This document shows positions 47,653 to 59,000 of a stretch of DNA of 64,000 bases, piece by piece; the first letter of the stretch is position 1; every line of letters starts with the position of its first letter. The DNA is from Paramoeba atlantica (Eukaryota; Protista; Discosea): positions 1-64,000 of the forward strand of contig CDRNVI010000142.1 of NCBI GenBank assembly GCA_977017575.1, in the 5' to 3' direction. Below the pieces are notes generated by a model that saw nothing but the letters and a program-made list of their open reading frames with translations, made no database searches and was not told the origin of the DNA. The position numbers and the translations under genes were made by a program.

Positions 47653-48151
47653 AAAATTAAAATTTTTTTTTTTTAATTTGCTTCAAAAAACAAGTTTAAA
47701 CAAATAAACAAAAAAAACTACAGCCTAAACCCTGAGTAGTTGAGTCTTCTACGGAATAGTATGGAGATAGAGACAAGAACAGAGAACAAGAACAAAGAAC
47801 AAAGAAAGAACAAGCTTGGTTCAATGTCTTTTATCAAATGCCTTCCAAAAGCCAAAAAGAACAAAAGAAAGTTTACACTCTTTTGCCCACAAATGGGTCC
47901 AAAGAACAAAACCTCTTTTGTACAAAAAAGGGCAACAAATAATTTACAATTATTCACAATCGGAAAACACACACAAAACAGTTCAGTGTTTCTGCTCACC
48001 AACAAAACGACAAAGTCAACAAAACCAACTATGACAACCCAACACCCCCCACAAGTGCACTTGCTCGCAATTCACGATACACAATAAAAACAAAACAAAA
48101 CAAAAAGAACAAAACAACCAACACAACAAGCATCACAACAGAAATAGTTCC

Positions 48152-51100
48152 TTATTTCTTCTTTACATGCCGTGTCGATTTTCTCTGCTTTGCATTGTAT
48201 TCTTGAATCACATTATTTGCCAAAAAATCACTCGCAAGTTGCCAAGATGTCTCATCATAATATTTCCATTTGACAAGGTACTCCTTCTCGCCATCTTTGC
48301 CCCGATCATCCAAAATTTTCTCAAATTCATAGATATCAAATAAATTCGTTTCTCCTGGAATCACTTTCAATCGTGCAATAGAAACTTCTGCTTCAAGAAC
48401 TTTCCCATCAATACATTCCAGCAAATAACCTTTCGTCTCATTGTTATATTTAGCAATATGAAAAGGGTCTTCCCAGTGTTGCTGCCATTTTGTAGTTCTT
48501 TTATCCACTTCTTTCATAACTGAAGTGCCAATTGCCAGAGGTTTAGGTTACAAAGATCTTTTTTTCTGTCTCATTTCATTCACATCATCACAGCCTTTCT
48601 TACCCGCTTCTTTGGATAATTTTGCAAACACTGGATAAACGGAATAGACCATCTTCCGATTTCTCTCTAACAATTTTTCAGGAGTTGCAACTTCCAATTC
48701 CAACCCCTCATAATTTGCTGCTTGGTTCTTCTCTCTCGCAAACATCACTGCAAAGGGAGTAGACTTATGTTTCAAGATATAGCGATCATTCAATGACATT
48801 TGAACAACTGGCAAAAATTTCACCCAATTTGTCATATCTCCTTCCAACAATTTTACAACCAAACCCGAAACTTTTCTCACGTATCTCTCAACTGCACCAT
48901 TTTGAGCAGGGTAATATCTCATCACCTTTCTCGATTTTGCAGTCAAAGCATTACAAAAAGCCTCTATAACTTTGTTGAAAAACAATGGGTCTTGATTACT
49001 TTGAATCTCCTTTGGGACACCAAAATTCGCAAAAACAGATAGCAAAGCTTCCGCAACTGACTCCGCTTCCTTGGAGATTAATTTACACAGTATCACGAAA
49101 TGACTTGCAATATCTATTACAATAAGGACAATTGTATAGCCCTCATTTGACTCAGGCAACCCACAAATAAAATCCATACCAATTATATCCATAGGCAGCA
49201 CTGAAGTAACTGGGGTAATCGGATGAAATCCAATTCTCCCATGATTGTATTTCAAACACACCACACAACCTCGACAGATTGTAATTACCATCCTTCTCAT
49301 TGATGGCCAGTAGTAGCCTGCATGAAATAGTTTCCAAACTGTTCTTGAAACACCAGCATGACTTTCCTCATGCTTTTCTTTCACCAAAGGCAGTTTCTCT
49401 TCTTCCTCTGGTTCTTTCTTACCAAGTACATTCCCAATAAACTCTTCGAGATATCTCTTAGTTTCTTCAACAGGTTCATCCTCACACTCAAGCGCAGCAA
49501 CATCGCAAGCATCAATTGCTGGTTCAGTAGAATCGTCTGTAACTGGGTATTTTTTTTGATACAATCAAGAGAGATAATCTGGTAAAACATTATGGATCCC
49601 TTTTTGGTAAACAATGTAGAAGTTGTAATCCAACAGAAAATCCAACCAGTCCAAAATCATAAACTTTATACTTGAATTCAAATACACAAGCACCTTATGA
49701 TCTGTCTCCACTCTAAACTTCCGCCCAAAAACATATGAACAGAACTTCCTAATTGCAAAAATAATTGCCAAAAGTTCCCTCTTCGGTGCAGGATAATTTC
49801 ATTGCCCCACTTGAAGAGTTTTCGATGCAAATACAATATAACATTTCTTGTCATTTGCATCAACTTGGTACAATACTGCACCAACTGCATATTGTGAAGC
49901 ATCAGTTGCAATATGAAATTCTCGATCCCAATCTGGCTGAGACAACACCGGAGCATTTGAGATAACCTCTTTGAAAAAAACAAAAGACTTGTCTTGCTCC
50001 TCGCCCCACGCCTTACCAAGATGCCTCATCTTTCGCAACTTGTCCAACGGAGCCACAATAGTTGCATAATTTGGGACAAAATCCCTCAAAAAATTCAGAA
50101 AACCAAGAAGACTTTCAACTTGCTTTCCAGTCTGAGGTTTCACCATCTTCTGAGCCATTTCTTTCTTGAATGAATCGATCTCTCGAGTAAAACCATCAAT
50201 CAAATGACCCATGAATTGAATCCTCTTCATATAAAATTTTGATTTCTTCATCTTAATCCGAAATCCTGCTCTCATCAACTTTCAGATGACTCTGTGAGCT
50301 TCATTAGAATGATTTTCCAGCTCTTTAGAAAAAACTAGAAAATTATCCAAATAACTTGCAGCTTCATCTGAAACACCAATAACTCATTCTTTTTGGACTT
50401 GAAAATGTGTAACCACACCTTTCGGCCCAAATGGCATCCTCACATACACATACTGACTCTTATCAGGTGCCAGAAAACCCAACAATGGCTGACTCTTTTC
50501 TGACACCACAATATGATGATAAGCCTCCGTGAGATCGATTTCAGTAAAATATTTCGCACCCCAAACACGTTCAAACAATTCCACAGGAGATGGCAAAATA
50601 TTACTTGGATCCTTTGTTAAAGCATTTACTGCTCTCAAATCCAAACAAACTCTGATATCATCAGGATCCACCCGACCACCAGACTTCTTAAAGACTGCTA
50701 AAAGAGGGGAATTCCACAAGTTCTTCTCGTCCTTGTCCCACTTCTTAACGAATCCTTTTTTCACCCACTCGTTCACTCGCTCCATAACCTTTCCTTTCAA
50801 TTTCTCAGGGATTGGATACTGTGGCACAAACTTCAGAGTGTCTTCTTTCAAAGAAATTTTAAACTCAGAACCTGGGAGTACACAATGAGAATTTTCCTGC
50901 AGTCTCTGGTTTTCCTTCAAAGCATCATCAATACTCTGAATAAACAACTTGACTGACTCATCATCCCATTGCTCCTCTTGACTCTGATCCTCATCATCAT
51001 CCAACCACTGCCAATCATCGACTTGGACTTGACGAGCAATACTTGAGAAGACTGCTTCGATTTCTTGAACAGTCACCCCCAACCACTTTGCATCTTCATG

Positions 51101-53359
51101 ATGAATCAACAAACGATTACCAGTCAAGGCTAGATTTCTCCAAACCTTAACTACAGTTGCATAAAACAAAGTATACACAGCAACCATCTTAAAATGAGTA
51201 AATGTCTGTACTGCAGCACCAATGCCACCAAACCGATGCTTCCTTTGACCTTCTTCACCTTCCAACTGATCCCATAATCTTGAATCAGCCATCGTCACCA
51301 TAACTGCTGAATCATGGATAGTCCAAATATCCTTTTTTTTTTTTTTTGAGGCAGACTTTATTCAATTAGTAGTTCTTAATCTAAGCCATTTGAATTACAT
51401 TAAATTATATTTGTTTTTAACCTCTAACGAGAGGTGAAGTTTTAAACTTCAGCTTAGTTCAGTCGGTCTTTATGCTGAACTTTAGAACTTCTGCAAGTTC
51501 AGGCTGGAGGATGCACATCAGAAGGGAGAATAATCCAAAGCTCCTTCCAAGGGAATTTATCCTCAACTTTTTAGCAGACAGGGCTGAGATGTAACCTGTT
51601 CTGATTTTCACACTTCTTCAAGAGCTCCTCACTCCAATCAAATCACTCTACAGCACCAGAAAAATTTCCTATAATATCGAAAAACTGGGATTTGAACTTG
51701 CCCCCCCGGGGTTGGACATAGTTGAATTTACGACTAAACTACAGGCGCCAACCCAATAGTCCAAATATCCAGCGATTTCGAATCACCCCACGTAATCAGA
51801 ACATACAATTTCGTCAAATCTGGAGGTGGTGAAATTGGGCCAAGAGCATTCTCCTCACTCACACTGAGAGGTGAATTAACATCTCTCAAAAATTGTTTAT
51901 ACATCTTGTCTTCTTCCATTGAAGATGAAGCACTGGCATCAGCACTGGCTCCTTCCTCCGATAGCAGAAAACAACCATCTTTGGGAGTCGAGCGTTCAGG
52001 ACAGTCTTTCTTCTTGTGACCAGGTTGCAAACATTTGATACACAAATTTTTCCCTTTGATCTCTTTCCAAGAAATTTTTTTCTCCTTCACACTCTTGTTC
52101 CCATTCTCGTTTGAAGACGTTGATGAAGGCGGCAGTTTCTTCTTGTAACACTGACTTTCTGAATGGCCAGTTTTCTTACAAAACGCACAAGTTGCCTTTT
52201 TCTTTAGCACCTTTGCATCCTCCTTCAACAAAACAAACTGGTCTGTGTCTTCAACCTCAAAGGCATGGTCCACTAAAACTCTCCAATGAACCTCCTGGTT
52301 ACGCTCAAACACTTGACCAAAATTCCTCACCCAAAGTAATTCATATTCTGTGCGAGAATTCTCTCGGAGCTTTAATTTTGCTTCTTTCGAATTCAAATCC
52401 AACCGAAGCTCCAACAGAAACCAAGAGAGTCACTCTGCAAATTTCTTTATACATTCTGACTCCTCCTGAACCACTGAACCCAAGAGTCCTTCCACCTTCT
52501 GACTGAAGTTGGCTCCCAAATTCGATTTTTTCAACAACTTAAACATCTGGTTCACCATCCAATCCGAGGTATCTGACTGTACAAAATCAGACTTCGTTGT
52601 TCCAGATACTGCCCGCAAGAGATACTTCTTCTGCACCCCCTCTTGCAAACCTTCAGCCTTCATCAAAATCTTAAACAAAAACTGAAACTCAAGGACTTTT
52701 GCGACGTCCTTCGTTGGGGTTTTTAATTTTGGTAGATTGTCAAGTTTCTTTAACCAATCTCCCAAGCCCGTGGATGATTCAAACAAACCAACTGAAGGAT
52801 TAGCTACTCCCCTCAGTATTCTGGCTTGCCTCCTTGAATCACTCCCACTTGAGGAAGAACGATCTGACGCAGACTGCTCCCTCTTCATCACGTGAAAATC
52901 TGATTCCAACTCAGTTGAAGAAGTGGCTTCCTTCTCTTCCAACTTTGTCATTCTTCTTCCAGGAATTCTCAAATTCCCTGGAACACCTGAAGGTCCTACT
53001 CAACTTCTTATGTCTGAGTACTCAGGTTTTGATGTCTCGAATTTTGTCTCACGAGCCAATGTTTGTTTCAAGAGCTTCAACATAACTTGAATCATAGAAA
53101 TTCGCTTCTGCAAACTCACAATGGCCTCTTCATGAAACTCACTCTCATCTAGATTGAGATTAATCACCTGATCCATTAATGTGAGTTCAAGTTTCCTCAG
53201 TTTGTCATAACACTGGACAACTTCAGACTCCAGTGACCTTGATGAGACTGATAACGACAACTCAGACAACAACATCCGTTCAATTTCACTTTCCGCATCT
53301 TGATCCTCTTGTTCCAAACTAAGGGGTGTCTCATGGGCCTCCTCCTTTGCTGACTCCAT
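48152..53359 (-). pseudogene. Single-frame gag-pol (two CCHC knuckles, PR, RT, RNase H, IN, chromodomain), about 1589 aa after removing the SINE
   Basis: All listed ORFs share one frame. Motifs: CAFCKKTGHSESQC, CIKCLQPGHKKKDC, RVCLDLR, IDLTEAYH, MPFG, YLDN, TDASQYAVGAVL, HEESHAG, GMDF, NGAVER, YEFEKIL...EYLVKWK. Seven in-frame stops. Confidence 0.95.
51333..51755 (-). mobile_element. tRNA-like SINE inserted in the chromovirus, 15-bp TSD
   Basis: TSD ATAGTCCAAATATCC at 51318-51332 and 51756-51770; T15 tail at 51333-51347; removing 438 bp restores the frame SLDIWTIHDSAVM. Confidence 0.93.
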
Positions 53360-54017
53360 AGAGAAAAAGTTTTCCAAAAAAAAATGGATTTACAACTGAT
53401 TAAACTCGACGCACACAAGGAAAAGACCAAAAAAAAGTTGAGTCCTCTATGGAATAGTATAGAGATAGAAACAAGAACAGAAAACAAGAACAAAGAACAA
53501 AGAAAGAACAAGCTTGGTTCAATGTCTTTTATCAAATGCATTCCAAAAGCCAAAAAGAACAAAAGAAAGTTTACGCTCTTTCGCCCACAAATGGGTCCAA
53601 AGAACAAAACCTCTTTTGTACAAAAAAGGGCAACAAATAATTTACAATTATTCACAATCGGAAAACACACACAAAACAGTTCAGTGTTTCCGCTCACCAA
53701 CAAAACAACAAAGTCAACAAAACCAACTATGACAACCCAACATGAGTCCATTCACATTGGGGTTGAAGGGGTTGGAAGAAGGGGTTGGGAGGGTGGGGCG
53801 AGTTGGTTTTTGAAATGCAGAAATTCTTGGAATTCTCTAAAAGATACCTGGAACATTTTCTCATTTTGTTGGGCTCCTGCTTGATCTGGTAATTTCGAAA
53901 AAAAAAAAAAGATGATGTCATTTTAACTGTCACATGAAAAAAGAGAAAGAGGGACGAGAGAAATGAGAGAAGAGAAGAGAGACAGGGGAGGAGAGAAAGC
54001 TGTTTTTGTGTTTTTAT

Positions 54018-55223
54018 TCAAGAATTGAAACAGTAAGAATAATGAGCTGTTGTCATTCTCACATTGAAGAGACAAGAAATCAAATCCCCCATTGCAAAAG
54101 GGTGTTGTGGTTCATCAATACCACTGGCAAGTTCAAAAATTCGTCAGTTGCTGTGTGCAATCACAATATCCCAGAATTTTTCGATTGGGTTCAAGTCTGG
54201 TGAGTTTGGGGGATTCCAAAGCAAATAGGCACTACGAGAGTTGACAATCTCTTGAAGCTCACTTTCATGTTTCTGATGGCAAGGCATGTTGTCGAGATTC
54301 ACAATTGAGTTAGGGCCAGGGTATGGTGTTAAAACAGCACTCAAATTCCTCTTAAAGAAACCAATGATGTCTGCTGCAGAAAGTGTTGGGGAAACCAATT
54401 TTCCAGTTACCAGTCTGAGGTTCCCTTTTTCATTTTGATCTTGCACAGGAAGAACACCAAATGCTTCAATAATTTCGCATCATGGGAGGCTGGATTGAAG
54501 ATGGGTTGTGCATTGCATATGGGGTTGAAGTTGAGTTCCAATTGGAGCATAGCCTCGAGAACAGGACTGGCTCACAATTTCATTCAGTTTGAACTTTTTT
54601 TTGTCAAGAAAAACAGCTTGGTTGACTTGGGTCCAGAGTTGCTTCAGATCTTGGAGATATCCACTTCGTTCTTTTGGAATTGAGAAACCAGGAATAAAGG
54701 AGGCTTTTTTCAAACTGAGGTTGTTTTGAGAAAGGATTTTCCACACCAGTTTTGGTTCAACGGGAACCCCAAGAGCACTAGACATGGCAATTGCAAATGA
54801 GATGGGGGTCCCTCGATTCTTTTTTACATAAGGGAGAAGAATTTTCTCCACTTTCCCAATCAAACTTTTCTTTCTTCTCTTTGGGGTGTTCTCTCTTTTT
54901 CTCTTGCACATTTTGAAAACAAAAAATGCCTGAAAAATGTGACTCTCAAAAGAAAATAAGAATTTTGTTATTTTTGTTATTTCTTTATTTTCTGATAGTT
55001 TCCTCATTTCCATTCTTTCAATTTTGTTCCATGAAAATTTTGAAATATTCTCAAATTTTCTCAGAAAATTGGAGAATTTTCTAAGAAAATAATAATTTTC
55101 GCTCTTTTGGAGTGGAGACGGGTTGACATTGGCACCATACAAAAATTCCATAATGTGTGGTGCATCCTTCTTTCCAGAGAAGGTCCACTGGGGTTTCAAC
55201 TTTCCCACAAGAGACTCAGCCAT
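54018..55223 (-). pseudogene. IS630/Tc1-mariner-type transposase relic, DD36E spacing
   Basis: AVFLDK, IVNLDNMPCH, PPNSPDLNPIEKFW; in-frame TGA at 54480 and 54144; TIRs not found. Confidence 0.85.
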
Positions 55224-56032
55224 AGAGAGCTCACTAAACTCTTAATCCAAATGAATCTGTGAACAACACAGCCACATAAACACAATTCAATACAGGGAAT
55301 TTACAAACTGATTTATTGATAAGAGAATAAACAGGTTATTACCATGTTATTGTAATGTTGCATCTTGTTGCAAGGCAAAGTGGCAAGCAGTTTGTACATC
55401 ATTGCAAGGAGATAACAAGCCAATAGAATGAGGAAAACTTCAAAAGAAAGGTTTCAATCCATTTTGGTCATCTAGACAATTCATTCTTCTGGAATCAATA
55501 CATGTTGGTTTGGTGAAAGTGTGACTTGGACAAGCACACTAAATTTGAAGCACCAAAATCAACTTTGTTGTTTTGTTACAATTTGCAAGGAGCACAAAGC
55601 TTCTGTGCACTAGTGGGGGAGGTGGAGGTTGGAGGTTTGATGTTAGGGGAGATGTGCTGGACAGGTTGGGGGAGGGGAAAAGTTGATAAGGGGAGGAGGT
55701 TTGAGAGTGTGGGGAGATGAAAAGGTGGTGGGATGGTAAGCTTGAGAGGATGGGGCAACAAGGATTGTTCCCAGGGATGAGGTGAAAAAAAATTTTTTTC
55801 AAATTTATCAAATTTTCTTAAATCTTGAATATCTTACATTAGATTAATCCATTTTTTATTCTTTTCAGTTTCCAAGGGGTTCAAAATATTCAAAAAAAGT
55901 CAGAACTGGCAAGTTCTGAATAAAAAAACATTCCAGCTTTTGCTGGTCCTTCTAGCTGTTTTAGTTGAAATATTTATTTAAAAATTAATAAAAAAAGTTC
56001 AAAAATCCATTTCAAAAATAAGAATAATTAGT

Positions 56033-59000
56033 TTATGATTGAATGGAGCCATCAATTGTAGTGCTAGAGTTTCTTGATGTGAGCATTGATTTTGATGTTG
56101 ATGCAATAACTGCCACTTGTGCAAACTGTCTCTGATTGAATTGAATTAACAAGAAAGTCATCATTAAAACTTCTGTTAAGAATAATGTAATGAACATATA
56201 AATTGATGATGCAAAATCAGCAACAAGAATAATCAAAAACAAGATTGATCGAATCAAAAAAGCAATTGTAAATGTCCCTCCAACTACAATCACAAACTGT
56301 TGTTTTGAAGAAGCCATTTTCTTTGCAGATTGAAAGACTTGATAAGAGTAGTAGAAAAAAATACCCCCTAATCCAATTGTTACACCAATAATAATGGATT
56401 GATAAACAATTGCCAATTGTCTTGTTCTTTCTTCTTCTTTATCATAAGAAACAACAACTCGTCCTTCACAAGCTGATTCTCCTGATGAACCATCTGGAGA
56501 AATTAAAGAAAAAAGGGCGAAAAGATCAGAAACAAAAAAGAAAGAAAAATTACAAAGAAGAATTACATTTCCAATAAATAAGAGAATAAAAATCAGAATA
56601 AATGAAATCAGAATAAATTTAAAACAAACCAACAATTGATTCAGAATAAACAAGTGTAACAATCAGCCACAAACCCCAAACAAAAGACCACCCAAAAATC
56701 AAAATATATTTGACTTGTTCTTGAGGAAAGAAACCCTTTCTGAACACAATTCTTTTGAAAGTGTAAATCGAAAAAACAAGAATTGAAAACAACAAAAATG
56801 TTGGGATTTCGAAAACAACAAAATAAGCAACTGGTTCATTTTCAAATCTTCCTGTAAAATGGAAAATCATATTTTAGTGTTTCATATTTTTAACATTATT
56901 ATTATTTCTTATTGATTCTTATTGATTCTTATTAATTCTTATTCTTCATTTGTATTCCTCATTTTTTATTATTTGTTATATTCTTATTTCTTATTCTTAT
57001 GAATCCTTTTGTTTGGCTTTTTTGAAAACAATTTTGTTCTCCTTATTACAGTTGAAAATCATTTTGTGTTCAAAAAACAACAAAAAAAAAGATAAGAAAC
57101 CTTTTGGATAAAGAAACATAAAAACAGCTCGAAAGATACACAAGACAATGAAAATGATTGTTGAAATGTGTGGTAACTTGAAAAGGTCTCGTTTTCCAGA
57201 TCGATCACCAGTCACAAGAAACATAGTCTACTCATCTTTCATTTCAGAAACAAAAAAGATTGAACTTTGAAAAAGAATAAAAAGAATAATAAAAAAAAAG
57301 AAAAGAAAAAGAATAAAAGAATAAAGCATCATCAGAACAAAAATAAAAATTGGTAAAGAAAAAAAACCAATCCAGCAAGACACCAAAATCCAAGAAAACA
57401 ATAACAAGCCCCAAGAGTGTACATCAGAGACCTTGTAGTATCACTTGTATATTCATTATCTATTTCTTCATAATGAACCAATCTTAAGATTGGAAACAAA
57501 CGAATCACTCCAGAATCTGAGAAAACAGATTGGTAATCAATTTGTGCACACAACCATCCAATTGAGTTTATATCTTCAATGTTAATTTCACTTTCTTCCA
57601 ACCCTTTTTAAAGAAAAAAAGAAAAGGTTAAAAAAGATTCCAACTCTCTTTTGGTTGAATGAAAAAAAAAAAAATAATCTTGAATAAATCAGCAAATAAA
57701 AAATAAAAGAAAAAGAAAAAGAAAACGACAAACCAACAGGATAAATAAAAACTAATTCAGAAGTAGTATACCCAAAATCAGGAACATACTCTCCCACATA
57801 CTCTCCCCCCAACATTGGATCAAGAGACAATCTCAAACAAACTTCAAATTGACCAATCAACTCAGGATTCAAAAAACTCAAAACAACACCATCTCCAAGA
57901 ACTTCTCCAACTGTTGCATCATTTTGATTGATTACAATTCCTTGTTTTCTTTCCTTTTGCCATCGGAAAGAGACAGGAGGGGGAACAAAAGGAGCAACGA
58001 ACCAGTTCTGGAATAATTGAAAAATGAATTAAATAAAGGATCCAAAATAAACCAGAAGAAAAGAAAGAAGAAAAGAGAAAAGAAAACTCGATAAATAATA
58101 GAAATATTCAAAAAACTGCATTGAGATGTTGTTGAATTAGGATGAAATGTAACTCGAGCAGAAGGATCCTATTTTAAGAATTCATTTTAAATTTGTGATA
58201 AATCAAATAAATAAATAAATAAAATATCTCATAAAAGATAAAATGAAATACTCAAAAAAGAGGAATAAAAATTCTAATGAGAAAAACCTTTACAAAAGAA
58301 GGTTCACCCTGACAGACTGCAGCAAATCCCATTAAAACTTCTTTCTCTTGTTCTCCAACAACATAACAATGTTCTCCTGGTGTTTTTTGAAATAAAATCA
58401 AAATTAAGAGAAAGGAAAGAGAAAAGAAGGGAGAAGAGAAAAAAAAAAAGAAGAGAAAAGAAAAGAAAGGAAGGAAGAGAAAGAAAGAAAAGAAGTGAGA
58501 AAGAGAGAGAGAAAAAAAACCTCCATCTCCAGAAAGACAATCACAAACAAGTGTGGCAACTGGCTTTGTAATTGACTCAGATTCACAAATAATCTCCGAT
58601 TTTAGTGAAAATATAAACTTTTCTTCCCCACTTGATTGAAATATGAATTGAGAGAATGGAGAGAATGGAGAGAATGGAGAGAGAAGAGAGAACAAGAAAA
58701 AAGAAAGAAAGAAAAAACCTTTGTTTAATCCAATCACTCAACAAAATAAATGAAAGAGAATTTTGCATAACAAAAGAAGATTGTAATTCAACAGGTCTCC
58801 ATTCAAGGGGTCGTGGAATTCCACCTTGCCAAACTCCTGGAGTCCACACCCATCTATTTTGCAGTTCTCCTCCTTTTTAAAGAAAGAAAAAGAGAGAGGA
58901 GAGAGGAAAGAAGAAAGGGAGAAGAGAAGAGAGAATCAGATGTCTAAAAGAAAAAAAAAAGAAAATCATCTTTCAAAAACAAACCATGACAATTACATTG

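Larger units (their letters stand above)
47738..53742 (-). mobile_element. Ty3/gypsy chromovirus with 307-bp LTRs and a 5-bp TSD
   Basis: LTRs at 47738-48044 and 53436-53742 (10 differences); TSD TGAGT at 47733-47737 and 53743-53747; PPT G6 at 48045-48050. Confidence 0.97.

Noticed and set aside
48539-48550. GGTTTAGGTT as an interstitial telomere
   Set aside because: It lies within the integrase frame (*PKPL); coincidental.
51680-51755. Functional tRNA gene
   Set aside because: A/B-box-like motifs are present but I could not fold a cloverleaf; it is the head of a repeated, TSD-flanked element.
53384-53884. Plus-strand ORFs at 53384-53884 and 47740-48087 as a duplicated gene
   Set aside because: These are the two LTRs; the similarity is explained by LTR identity.
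48152-55223. UGA reassigned as a sense codon
   Set aside because: The intact 1423-aa LINE ORF2 has no in-frame TGA, the affected sites include conserved Arg positions, and other CpG transitions and D>N changes show decay.
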